From positions 81,715 to 145,714 of the forward strand of contig CAWJIH010000005.1 of NCBI GenBank assembly GCA_963842975.1: a DNA stretch of 64,000 nucleotides, given 5' to 3'. The stretch is from an uncultured Actinomycetes bacterium (lineage in GTDB: Bacteria; Actinomycetota; Actinomycetes; S36-B12; UBA10799). Below the pieces are notes generated by a model. It made no database searches, was not told the origin of the DNA, and saw nothing but the letters and a program-made list of their open reading frames with translations. Position 1 is the stretch's first letter. Each line of letters starts with the position of its first letter. This document shows, piece after piece, positions 1-8,725 of the stretch. The position numbers were made by a program, and so were the translations under genes.

Positions 1-1
1 C

Positions 2-586
2 GTCACCCACGACCAAGAAGAGGCCATGACCATGGCCGACACCGTTGCGGTGATGAACCACGGGCTCATCGAGCAGATGGGTCCACCCACCGAACTGTAC
101 GAGTCACCCAGGACCGCCTTCGTTGCGAACTTCCTCGGCCAGTCCAACCTCTTCCCGGCAGCAGTCGTCGAAGTCGACGGCGAAAATATTGTGCTTGAGG
201 ATTCGGACGGGCGGTATCGGATGCCGATCAGTCGGGTGGCGCCGAGCGTTGATGCGATTCGCGGCGGTCGGGTGCTCGTCGGCGTCCGTCCGGAGAAGAT
301 CCACATCGAGCGCCTCCGCGAGGCCCATGAAATCCCCGCCGACGGCAACTACGTCGATGGCATAGTGCGCAGCAGCAGCTTCCTCGGCGTCAGTACTCAG
401 TATGAGGTGGCCACTCCCGGCGGTGAAATGATCAACGTATTCGCACAAAACCTCAGCCTGCGTGACTTCTTGGCCGAAGGTGATCACGTTCGGCTGTCGT
501 GGGCGCCACAGCACGGCTTCGTTCTCAATGGCAGCGAGGACATCAACGCCGGCGTCGAAGTTGCCACCGCGGCGGCGGCTGGATAG
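2..586 (+). CDS. potA: ABC transporter ATP-binding subunit, C-terminal part (spermidine/putrescine PotA-like); 5' end lies outside the window
   Basis: The frame is open from position 2 and reads [21 protein letters not shown] (ABC D-loop/H-loop region), followed by a TOBE-like C-terminal domain. Two PotB/PotC-like permease genes follow. Confidence 0.8.
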   Translation, partial: VTHDQEEAMTMADTVAVMNHGLIEQMGPPTELYESPRTAFVANFLGQSNLFPAAVVEVDGENIVLEDSDGRYRMPISRVAPSVDAIRGGRVLVGVRPEKIHIERLREAHEIPADGNYVDGIVRSSSFLGVSTQYEVATPGGEMINVFAQNLSLRDFLAEGDHVRLSWAPQHGFVLNGSEDINAGVEVATAAAAG

Positions 587-594
587 GTCGGGCT

Positions 595-1512
595 ATGTCG
601 ATTGCGGCGGCTCTGGCCGAGACCGCGGACCAGGGTCCGAAGGCACCACCCCCGAAGCGGCGGGGAAAGTCCGTCCCCTACCTGTTGATGCTCCCGGGTG
701 CCTTGTGGCTGGGCATCTTCTTCCTGGTTCCGTTGGTGACGCTGTTCCTCACGAGTCTGCAAACCCCGGTGCCCGGTGGAGACGTCGGCGAATTCCAGCA
801 GACCTTCAACTTCTCGAACTATCCCGAAACCCTCACCGACTCGAACTACTACGTACCGTTGCTGCGATCGTTCCTCTATTCGGCGAGTGCCACCGTCCTG
901 GCCTTGCTCATCGGCTATCCACTTGCCTACGGCATCGCCTTCAAAGCCGGTCGCTTCCGCAACATCCTGCTGGTCATGGTGATCGCCCCGTTCTTCGTGT
1001 CGTTCATTCTGCGCACCATCGCCTGGCGGCAAATCCTGGCGGATGAAGGCCCGGTCGTCGCGGTGCTGCGAATCATCGGTTTGGTGGGCCCCACCGGTGG
1101 GGTGTATCCGTCAGCCATCGCGGTGGTGGCGGGCTTGACCTACAACTTCCTGCCCTTCATGACGTTGCCCATCTACGCGAGCCTGGAGCGGGTTGATCAT
1201 CGACTGGTCGAAGCTGCTGGCGATTTGTACGCCTCGCCGTGGACCGGCTTTCGAAAGATCACCATCCCGCTGTCGATGCCCGGTGTGGTGGCCGGCACGT
1301 TGCTCACGTTCATCCCGGCGGCCGGCGACTATGTCAACGCGGCGCTGCTGGGCACGCCAAAGAACACGATGATCGGCAACCGGATCGAATACACGTTCCT
1401 GAGCGTGAACGATTATCCGACGGCTGCGGTGCTGTCGTTCATCCTCATGGCGAGCATTCTGATCATGGTGCTGTTGTACGTCCGAAGAGTGGGGACGGAG
1501 GACCTGGTATGA
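595..1512 (+). CDS. potB: ABC transporter permease, PotB-like
   Basis: Multi-TM protein with the EAA-loop region DLYASPWTGFRKITIPLSMPG. ATG at 595 lies just after the potA stop. The longer ORF from 499 overlaps potA. Confidence 0.8.
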   Translation: MSIAAALAETADQGPKAPPPKRRGKSVPYLLMLPGALWLGIFFLVPLVTLFLTSLQTPVPGGDVGEFQQTFNFSNYPETLTDSNYYVPLLRSFLYSASATVLALLIGYPLAYGIAFKAGRFRNILLVMVIAPFFVSFILRTIAWRQILADEGPVVAVLRIIGLVGPTGGVYPSAIAVVAGLTYNFLPFMTLPIYASLERVDHRLVEAAGDLYASPWTGFRKITIPLSMPGVVAGTLLTFIPAAGDYVNAALLGTPKNTMIGNRIEYTFLSVNDYPTAAVLSFILMASILIMVLLYVRRVGTEDLV

Positions 1513-2354
1513 GTGTGGACACCAGACCACAGGAGCCCCCCGCGGTTCAAATGTCGGTTGCCCATCGGGTTCGGCGGTGGTTCGGGGCGAACGCCCTGCG
1601 CATCTACATGGTTTTCGCGTTCGTGTACCTCCTGCTGCCAGTGGCCTACACGTTCTTGTTCTCTTTCAACGACGCCGGGCGCACCAACCTCACCTGGCGG
1701 GGCTTCACCCTTGACAACTGGTTGAACCCCTGCGGCGCTCCTCAGGTGTGCCAGTCGGTCGTCAACTCGCTCACCTTGGGCCTGCTCGTCACCGCCGTGG
1801 CAACCCTGATGGGAACGCTGATCGCGTTCGCGCTGGTCCGCTACCGGTTCCGTGGCCGGGCCACCACCAACCTGATCATCTTCCTGCCCATGGCCACCCC
1901 GGAGGTGGTTCTCGGATCGTCGTTGCTGGCCCTGTTCCTCAACATCTTCGTGCCCCTGGGGTTCTGGACCGTGGCAATCGCCCACGTGATGTTCTGCATC
2001 TCCTTCGTGGTGGTCACGGTCAAGGCCCGGCTGGCCAGTTTGGATCCGCGGCTGGAGCAGGCTGCCATGGATCTGTATGCCAGCGAAGCGCAGGCGTTTC
2101 GTCGGATCACACTTCCCCTGGTCGCACCCGGCATCGCAGCCGCAGCGTTGCTGGCTTTCTCCTTGAGTTTCGACGACTTCATCATCACCAACTTCAACTC
2201 CGGCCAATTCACCACCTTCCCCAAGTTCGTCTATGTCTCCGCCACTCGGGGCATCCCGCCGCAGGCCAACGTGATTGCCTCGGCAATGTTCTTTATTGCG
2301 CTGGCACTGGTGGTGTTCGGTCAGATCATCGGCATCCGCCGAAAGCGGGGCTGA
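1509..2354 (+). CDS. potC: ABC transporter permease, PotC-like
   Basis: ATGA start/stop overlap with the upstream permease. Contains DLYASEAQAFRRITLPLVAPG and six predicted TM segments. Confidence 0.8.
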   Translation: MSVDTRPQEPPAVQMSVAHRVRRWFGANALRIYMVFAFVYLLLPVAYTFLFSFNDAGRTNLTWRGFTLDNWLNPCGAPQVCQSVVNSLTLGLLVTAVATLMGTLIAFALVRYRFRGRATTNLIIFLPMATPEVVLGSSLLALFLNIFVPLGFWTVAIAHVMFCISFVVVTVKARLASLDPRLEQAAMDLYASEAQAFRRITLPLVAPGIAAAALLAFSLSFDDFIITNFNSGQFTTFPKFVYVSATRGIPPQANVIASAMFFIALALVVFGQIIGIRRKRG

Positions 2355-2355
2355 G

Positions 2356-3771
2356 GTGCCGTTCGCTGATGCTCCCGGACCGGGCGCCTACGCGGCGCTG
2401 CGCGATGTGCGCCATGAGCCGTTCTGGCTGTCCCGACCAGAGCGACCGGCGGCCCGCCCAGGCCTAGCGGGGCCGGTCACCGCGGATCTCGTTGTGGTCG
2501 GCGCGGGACTGTCCGGACTGTGGACTGCGCTGCGCGCCAAGGAGCGCTACCCCGAGTGGGACGTGGTGCTGGTGGAGGGCGATCGGATAGCCAACGCGGC
2601 GTCTGGGCGCAACGGTGGATTCGTTTCCGCCTCCGTCACCCACGGTGCCATCAACGGGCTTGATCGGTGGCCGCACGAGTTTCCCCAGCTGCACCGAATG
2701 GGTCGGGAGAACTTTGCTGGGATCATCGACACGGTGTCTCGCTACGCCATCGACTGCGATTTGCAGGTGGTGGGCGAACTCGACGTTGCCACCGAGGACT
2801 ATCAGGTCGACGGGCTGGCGGAGCATCAGCAGCGCCTGGCAGCGGCCGGTGTGTACCTGGAGTTGTTGGACGCCGAACAGACCCGCGCCCGCGTTGATTC
2901 CCCGACCTATCGTGCTGGGCTGATCGATCCTGATGTTGGTTTGGTGGACCCGGCGAAACTCAGTTGGGGCCTAGCCAGCGCAGCCGAGTCGCTGGGTGTG
3001 CGCATCTTCGAGCACACCGAGGTGACCGACATTAGGCGTGCCGGTGCGCAACTGGTGCTGACGACTCCCGCCGGGCGTCTGCGCGCGGCTCGGGTGGCGC
3101 TGACCACCGCGGCTCACCAGCCGTTGCTCCGGCGGATCGCGCTGTTCGTGGTGCCGGTGTTTGACCACGTGGTGGTGACCGCCCCGCTGCCCGACGATGT
3201 GCGTGCGGCCATCGGTTGGGAGGGGCGCGAAGGCATCGGTGACTCCGGCAACCAGTTCCACTACTACCGACTCACAGCGGATAACCGCATCCTTTGGGGT
3301 GGCTACGACGCGGTGTACCAGCGCGGGGAACGACCGGGGTCGTCGCTGGAGCGGGACGACTTCCTCACTGCCCGCCTTGTGCAGCACCTGCATGACACCT
3401 TTCCGGCCGTGGCGGGGGTGCCCATCGAGTATGCATGGGCCGGCGCCATCGACACCTGTTCGCGTTTCAGTGCCTTCTGGGGGCAGGCATACTCTGGCCA
3501 ACTTGCCTACGTTGCCGGTTTCACCGGCCTCGGCGTGGGTGCCTCGCGATTCGGTGCCGACGTGCTGCTCGATGTGTTGGCGGGCGAAAGCACCGAACGA
3601 ACCGCGTTGGAAATGGTCAACTCCACTCCGCTGCCGTTCCCACCGGAACCGGCGCGCCAGTTGGTGATCGACCTCACCCGGCGTTCCATTTCCGCCGCTG
3701 ATGCCAATCATGGTCGCCGCAACCTGTGGCTGCGCACCCTGGACCGGCTCGGGCTCGGATTCGACAGTTGA
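2356..3771 (+). CDS. FAD-dependent oxidoreductase (DadA/PuuB-like amine oxidoreductase family)
   Basis: GTG start 1 nt after the potC stop. Dinucleotide-binding motif DLVVVGAGLSGLWTA. About 470 aa, typical of gamma-glutamylputrescine-oxidase-like flavoproteins. Confidence 0.75.
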   Translation: MPFADAPGPGAYAALRDVRHEPFWLSRPERPAARPGLAGPVTADLVVVGAGLSGLWTALRAKERYPEWDVVLVEGDRIANAASGRNGGFVSASVTHGAINGLDRWPHEFPQLHRMGRENFAGIIDTVSRYAIDCDLQVVGELDVATEDYQVDGLAEHQQRLAAAGVYLELLDAEQTRARVDSPTYRAGLIDPDVGLVDPAKLSWGLASAAESLGVRIFEHTEVTDIRRAGAQLVLTTPAGRLRAARVALTTAAHQPLLRRIALFVVPVFDHVVVTAPLPDDVRAAIGWEGREGIGDSGNQFHYYRLTADNRILWGGYDAVYQRGERPGSSLERDDFLTARLVQHLHDTFPAVAGVPIEYAWAGAIDTCSRFSAFWGQAYSGQLAYVAGFTGLGVGASRFGADVLLDVLAGESTERTALEMVNSTPLPFPPEPARQLVIDLTRRSISAADANHGRRNLWLRTLDRLGLGFDS

Positions 3772-3776
3772 CACCC

Positions 3777-3805
3777 CACCGAAACTTCGGTGCCACGCTG
3801 GCACC
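3777..3805. promoter_or_regulatory. Two overlapping, mutually exclusive palindromes between the oxidoreductase and mmsA
   Basis: CACCGAAACTTCGGTG (3777-3792) and GGTGCCACGCTGGCACC (3789-3805) share GGTG. The second is followed by TATGTGACC. Function not established. Confidence 0.25.
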
Positions 3806-3858
3806 TATGTGACCTCACCCCCACCGACCGCTGCTAGGCCCGAGGAGAACGACATCAG

Positions 3859-5359
3859 ATGACAGCACCAACACGCATCACACATTGGATCGACGGACGG
3901 GCGTCCACCGGGACGCCGGAGCGCACCGGAGATGTCTACGATCCGGCAACTGGCGCAGTCACCGCGACAGTCGACTTCGCAACTGCGGCCGAGCTGGATC
4001 TTGCGGTGCAGGCTGCCCGGCGGGCCTTCGGAGAATGGGGCACCGCGACGCTGACCACCCGTATGGCCGTGATGTTCCGCTTCCGTGAACTGCTCAACGC
4101 CCACAAAGAGGAACTCGCCGAGATCATCACCTCGCAGCACGGCAAGGTCCTCAGCGATGCCCTTGGGGAGGTGGCACGGGGGCTTGAGGTGGTGGAGTTC
4201 GCCTGTGGCAACGCGCACCTGCTCAAGGGTGGGTACTCCGAAGGAGTGTCCACGGGCGTGGACGTGTATTCGATTCGCCAGCCCTTGGGGGTCGTCGGAA
4301 TCATCTCGCCGTTCAACTTCCCGGCGATGGTCCCCATGTGGTTCTTCCCGATCGCGATTGCGGCGGGCAACACCGTGGTGCTCAAACCGAGTGAGAAGGA
4401 CCCCGGGGCGGCGATGTTCATTGCCGAGTTGTGGTCGAAGGCTGGGCTACCCGCCGGTGTTTTCAACGTGGTACACGGCGACAAAGAGGCCGTCGACGCG
4501 CTGTTGGTGCACCCTGATGTTGCCTCGGTCTCGTTCGTCGGATCCACCCCGATCGCGAAATACGTGTACGAGACCGGCACCGCACATGGCAAGCGGGTCC
4601 AGGCCCTCGGCGGTGCGAAGAACCACATGCTGGTGTTGCCCGACGCCGATCTGGAACTCACTGCAGACTCCGCGGTGAACGCAGGTTTCGGCTCGGCCGG
4701 AGAACGGTGCATGGCGATTTCGGTGGTGCTGGCGGTCGAGCCGATTGCCGATCGAACTGGTCGCGGCGATCGCTGGGCGGATGTCCACTTTGCGCACCGG
4801 TGACGGTCGGCGAGGATGCGACATGGGGCCGTTGGTCACCTCGGCTCATCGGGACAAAGTTGCCGGGTACGTCGCCGCCGGGGTCGACGAAGGGGCCACC
4901 CTGGTGGTCGACGGCAGAGAGGTGCGTCCGGACGGCGACGAGGCCGGTTTCTGGCTTGGGCCGACCTTGTTCGATCACGTCACCACGGACATGAGCATCT
5001 ACACCGACGAGATCTTTGGTCCGGTGTTGTCGGTGGTTCGAGTGGCCTCCTACGAAGAGGGTTTGGAGCTGATCAACTCCCACCCGTTCGGCAACGGCAC
5101 CGCAATCTTCACCTGCGATGGCGGAGCGGCACGCAAGTTCCAGCAGGAGGTGCAGGTTGGCATGATCGGGGTCAACGTGCCGATCCCGGTGCCGATGGCG
5201 TATTACTCGTTCGGCGGTTGGAAAGCTTCGCTGTTCGGCGATACCCACGCCCACGGCGCGGAGGGATTCCACTTCTTCACCCGCGGCAAGGTCGTTACGA
5301 GTCGCTGGCCGGATCCGGCCCACGGCGGCATCAACCTTGGGTTCCCCACCAACGGATAG
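3859..5359 (+). pseudogene. mmsA: CoA-acylating methylmalonate-semialdehyde dehydrogenase, interrupted by a +1 frameshift near 4750
   Basis: ORF 3859-4803 carries the N-terminal 2/3 (FNFPAMVPMW, GERCMAISV). ORF 4745-5359 in the next frame carries the rest (EIFGPVL, VGMIGVNVPIPVP). Deleting one base in GATCGAACTG (4750-4759) gives a continuous ~500-aa MmsA. SD GAGGAG precedes ATG 3859. Confidence 0.8.
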
Positions 5360-5384
5360 GCGGGCGTCGGTGACGCGGCGACTG

Positions 5385-5795
5385 CTATACGACCCGCAGG
5401 TCGATGAGGTCTTCCAGTCCTCGAAATCCGCCAACGTCTCGGGTGTACAGCGGCAAGCCCTGCGCTAGCGCGATGGCAGCGATCATGAGATCAACGGCTC
5501 GGGCACCTCTCGGTTTGCGCTGGACAGACAGCACAGAGGCATACACCAGCCCGTAGGCTCGCGCTGCCGCGATGTCAAACGGGATCGGGTCAAACGCGGC
5601 TTCGGCGCGCTGCAATCGGTCCTGGCGGCGCGCACTTTCGACTGCGTTTGTGGCGGCATGGGGTCCGGCGGTGAGTTCGGCCAAGGTGATGGAGCAAATG
5701 GCCACCTCCCGTGGCAGGACCGCGGGATCGATGTCCTCGAGACCGATGACGACTGAGGTGTCCAACAGGCCGCGCTCCGGTCGCGCATCAGCCAC
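5385..5795 (-). CDS. vapC: VapC-family PIN-domain toxin
   Basis: LLDTSVVIG...LAEL...DLMIAAIA...YTRD acidic PIN signature. The GTG start overlaps the antitoxin stop by 8 nt (GTGGCTGA). The longer ORF to 5879 overlaps the antitoxin. Confidence 0.8.
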   Translation of the reverse strand: MADARPERGLLDTSVVIGLEDIDPAVLPREVAICSITLAELTAGPHAATNAVESARRQDRLQRAEAAFDPIPFDIAAARAYGLVYASVLSVQRKPRGARAVDLMIAAIALAQGLPLYTRDVGGFRGLEDLIDLRVV

Positions 5796-6042
5796 GAGGG
5801 GTTGTGTCCTGGCTCGCGACGGCATCCAGGTCACGCCGGAAGGCTGCGCCGTCAATTCTTGGGGCGCCTCGAAAGGCATCGACGGCCGCCTCGGCGCTCA
5901 CGTACTGCAGGCGACGCAAGGGGGACAGCCTAGCCACAGGCGCCCCGGCGCGGGTGACCACCACGTTGGCACCCCGCTCCACTTCACGCATGATCCTCCC
6001 GCTGTCGTTGCGGAGTTCCCGCTGGGTCACTTCCCTGTCCAT
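5788..6042 (-). CDS. Type II antitoxin (Phd/YefM-type fold, VapB partner)
   Basis: 84 aa beginning MDREVTQRELRNDSGRIMREVERGANVVVTRAGAPVARLSP, typical of prevent-host-death family antitoxins. Lies immediately upstream of, and overlapping, the PIN toxin gene. Confidence 0.8.
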   Translation of the reverse strand: MDREVTQRELRNDSGRIMREVERGANVVVTRAGAPVARLSPLRRLQYVSAEAAVDAFRGAPRIDGAAFRRDLDAVASQDTTPRG

Positions 6043-6048
6043 GCTGCC

Positions 6049-6054
6049 AATGTA
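6049..6054 (-). promoter_or_regulatory. -10-like hexamer TACATT, 6 nt upstream of the antitoxin ATG (leaderless candidate)
   Basis: The minus strand reads TACATT-GGCAGC-ATG. This matches the actinobacterial TAnnnT -10 placed at leaderless distance. Confidence 0.45.
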
Positions 6055-6068
6055 GCAAGGGGTGCTAC
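6052..6068. promoter_or_regulatory. Palindrome GTAGCA-N5-TGCTAC overlapping the vapB -10; candidate TA autoregulation operator
   Basis: Perfect 6-bp arms are seen directly. The position overlapping the putative promoter fits the known autorepression of type II TA operons. Confidence 0.4.
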
Positions 6069-6110
6069 ACCCGGTGGGAACGATCTGTGGATACGTGCCA
6101 GCAGGACGTC

Positions 6111-6116
6111 TAGGGT
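6111..6116 (+). promoter_or_regulatory. -10-like hexamer TAGGGT, 6 nt upstream of the ureohydrolase ATG (leaderless candidate)
   Basis: TAGGGT-CGGAGC-ATG(6123). Confidence 0.45.
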
Positions 6117-6122
6117 CGGAGC

Positions 6123-7148
6123 ATGACCAGATATGGCGCGCAGTTCGGTCCCGACATCACTTTCCTCGGCGTCCCGCCTTGTGATGCGGATGATCCGGCC
6201 ACTTACGCCGACTCCGACGTGGTGATCATCGGGGCACCGTTTGACGGGGGCACTTCGGCCCGGCCCGGGGCCCGATTCGGTCCCAAAGCGTTGCGCGAGG
6301 CCTGCTACCTGGCTATGGATGGCTCGCGGCCGAGTTTGGCGCTGCGCACGGACGGTCTGCTTGACCTCAACGTGCGCGATGCCGGCGACGTCGAGATGTA
6401 CGCCGGCGACGCTGCGACCGCCTGCGCTGCGCTTGAGCCGGTGGTGGAAAAGGTTGCACGCAACGGGGCGTTGCCGTTGATGCTCGGCGGGGACCACACC
6501 ATCACCTGGCCAGACGTGACTGGGGTGGCCAGGGCAGTGGGCTGGGGGCGGGTGTCGGTGATCCACTTCGACGCCCACGCCGACACCGGTGACATCGAAT
6601 TCGGCTCGCTCATCGGGCACGGCCAACCGATGCGGCGCCTCATCGAGTCGGGCGCGGCCCGCGGCGACCGTTTTCTGCAGATCGGTCTGCGCGGCTACTG
6701 GCCCGGACCGGAGACGCTGGACTGGATGGCAGCGCAGGGTATGCGGTCGTTCGAGATGACCGAGATCGTGGCCCGCGGCCTGGACGAGGTGTTGACCGAG
6801 GCGCTTGAGATCGCCATGGACGATTGCGACGCGGTATTCCTCTCGGTCGACATCGATGTCGCAGACCCGGGTCACGCGCCCGGAACCGGCACACCAGAGC
6901 CAGGGGGCCTCACCGGGCGGCAGTTGCTCGATGCGGTCCGCCGCATCTGCTACGAGGTGCCCATCGCCGGTATGGACGTCGTGGAAGTATCGCCGCCCTA
7001 CGATCACTCCGACATCACCGCCATGCTTGGCAATCGAGTGGTGCTGGAGGCGCTGTCCGCGCTGGCCCGGGCCAAAGCAGACCGGGCGTCCGGCTCGCGT
7101 TGGGATCCGCTGCAACCCTTGCTGGAGGGCCGGGGGGAGCAAGCGTGA
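6123..7148 (+). CDS. Agmatinase-family ureohydrolase (arginase superfamily; substrate not assignable from sequence)
   Basis: Mn-binding motifs GGDHTIT, HFDAHADTGD and SVDIDVADPGHAPGTGTPEPGG. 341 aa. Confidence 0.85.
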   Translation: MTRYGAQFGPDITFLGVPPCDADDPATYADSDVVIIGAPFDGGTSARPGARFGPKALREACYLAMDGSRPSLALRTDGLLDLNVRDAGDVEMYAGDAATACAALEPVVEKVARNGALPLMLGGDHTITWPDVTGVARAVGWGRVSVIHFDAHADTGDIEFGSLIGHGQPMRRLIESGAARGDRFLQIGLRGYWPGPETLDWMAAQGMRSFEMTEIVARGLDEVLTEALEIAMDDCDAVFLSVDIDVADPGHAPGTGTPEPGGLTGRQLLDAVRRICYEVPIAGMDVVEVSPPYDHSDITAMLGNRVVLEALSALARAKADRASGSRWDPLQPLLEGRGEQA

Positions 7149-7187
7149 CCGAGATAGTCGAATCAACCCGGGTGACGTTTCCTACGG

Positions 7188-8055
7188 GTGCGATTGGAAG
7201 CAACCTCGACCGTCCTGGCAGTACTTGACCTGCCGATCGGCACCGGCGTCATCACTGCCGAGTCGCCGTTCCACCCGCTCGACCACACGTGGCCGGATCA
7301 ACCTGCGGACACCGGCACTTTGACTCTCGGCGATGACTGCGTCAGCGTGATTGATTGCGTCACGGGGGCCCAACGCCTGGGTTCGGACACGGTGAGCATT
7401 GGTTCCGATATCGGCGCTCGCCGAGGTGATGACGACTGGCACTGGTTTGTGGTGCACGTCGTGGACGCGCCTTACTCGGCAGCTCGCACGTGGGTCGGGG
7501 CGCAGGCGCGATTGCAGGTTGAACCGATTCGGCGCGCCCGTCTGAGTGCCTCCCACACGGCCTGCCATCTGATGGCGTTCGCGCTCAACGACGCCCTGGC
7601 GCGAGCGCTGGCGCAAAGTGCCGAACACCGATTCGCTGGGGAACCCCAACTTCGACGCAATCGCGATTACCTCCTCGCGAATCGGCCCGGAATCGAGCAT
7701 CGATGTGTACCGGCTCGGGAAGTCCCTTCGCAAGAAGGGTTTCACCAGCGCAGCCACCGATACCCAGCCGAGTCTGGCCGAGTCCCTCGACGCCCTCGCA
7801 ACTGCTGTGACGACGCGGCTCAGGGACTGGATCGGCACCGATGCGCCGGTGCGAGTCGACGCCCCGGACACCGGACTTGCCTCGCCCAGGAAGTGGGAAT
7901 GCGAACTGCCTGAGGGGACGGCCACGGTGCTCTGTGGTGGCACACACGTGGACCGACTTTCCCAACTCGGGGAAGTCGAGGTGTCGGTGACGCTGAATGA
8001 AGACAACACCGAAATGACTATTGTCACCTCGCCGTCACCTCAGATTTGTGAGTGA
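7188..8055 (+). pseudogene. AlaX-like metal-dependent tRNA-editing/hydrolase domain protein, interrupted by a +1 frameshift between 7573 and 7620
   Basis: The HxxxH zinc motif (SHTACHLMAF) is in frame of ORF 7188-7913. The partner CGGTHV motif is in the next frame (ORF 7618-8055). The second frame opens only at 7573, so the shift must lie in 7573-7620. Confidence 0.7.
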
Positions 8056-8142
8056 CCGCCGAGCGAAACGTACGTATTCGGTCAGGATTTTCTCAAGAGA
8101 GTGATCCTTGTCACATTGTTTGCCGCAATCAACGCTTGAATT

Positions 8143-8232
8143 CGCATCAGTATGTGGTTCACGTCACGCCGACCCCGGTGTGAGGTGCCTCCCCGCCGGC
8201 CGGCCGCGGCGACTGTGAGGCCATCTGATGCG
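8143..8232 (+). promoter_or_regulatory. Helix-closed ~90-nt GC-rich leader upstream of the NlpC/P60 gene (unclassified cis-RNA candidate)
   Basis: CGCATCAG (8143-8150) pairs with CTGATGCG (8225-8232), extendable with bulges. An AT-richer promoter-like stretch precedes it (8070-8140). SD GAGGAG and ATG 8258 follow. Confidence 0.3.
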
Positions 8233-8257
8233 GCCGACAACTTCGAGGAGAACACGT

Positions 8258-8725
8258 ATGCGAGTAACACCGAAGATCGCCGGAGCATTCGCCGCGGCAA
8301 GCGTTGCCCTGATCACCTTCACCGGCTGTACTCCCGCCCAGGTACAGGCGTGGCGCAATGCCCAGGTGCAGACGTCGTCAGCAGGTGAGCGCGCGATCTC
8401 TTCGGCCTACTCGGTGCTGGGCTACCGCTACACCTGGGGCGGCTCCTCGCCGTCCACCGGTTTCGACTGCTCCGGTTTGGTGCGTTGGGCCTACGGCACG
8501 GCTGGCGTGAATCTGCCTGGTGGTTCCTACAACCAGATCCACCGTGGCTACGCGGTTTCCTACCCGCAGCGCGGTGACTTGGTGTTCTACGGCCCCGGTG
8601 GTAGCCAGCACGTCGCCATCTACATCGGCAACGGTCAGGTTATCCAGGCCAGCAACCCCAGCACCGGCGTTCACACCGCCAGCATGTACTACATCGGTCA
8701 ACCCTCAGCCTTCCGTCGGCTCTAA
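8258..8725 (+). CDS. NlpC/P60 family cell-wall peptidase lipoprotein
   Basis: Lipobox LITFTGC. Catalytic region YRYTWGGSSPSTGFDCSGLVRWAY with downstream HVAIYIG. SD GAGGAG lies 7 nt upstream. Confidence 0.85.
   Translation: MRVTPKIAGAFAAASVALITFTGCTPAQVQAWRNAQVQTSSAGERAISSAYSVLGYRYTWGGSSPSTGFDCSGLVRWAYGTAGVNLPGGSYNQIHRGYAVSYPQRGDLVFYGPGGSQHVAIYIGNGQVIQASNPSTGVHTASMYYIGQPSAFRRL

Noticed and set aside
1540-1560. tRNA-like T-loop string GGTTCAAAT.
   Set aside because: It lies inside the PotC-like coding sequence, and no acceptor or anticodon stems can be drawn around it. I found no tRNA genes in the window.
4741-4760. Programmed ribosomal frameshifting at the mmsA, AlaX-like and rnj interruptions.
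   Set aside because: No slippery heptamer (X XXY YYZ) or downstream pseudoknot or hairpin is visible at any of the three sites, and these gene families are not known to use recoding.
8143-8232. ydaO / cyclic-di-AMP riboswitch upstream of the NlpC/P60 gene.
   Set aside because: The context fits, but the conserved core strings I know for ydaO (ACGGGG, CCCGAAUCC, AGCUAACCUCGUA) are absent. It is kept only as an unclassified structured-leader candidate pending cmsearch.
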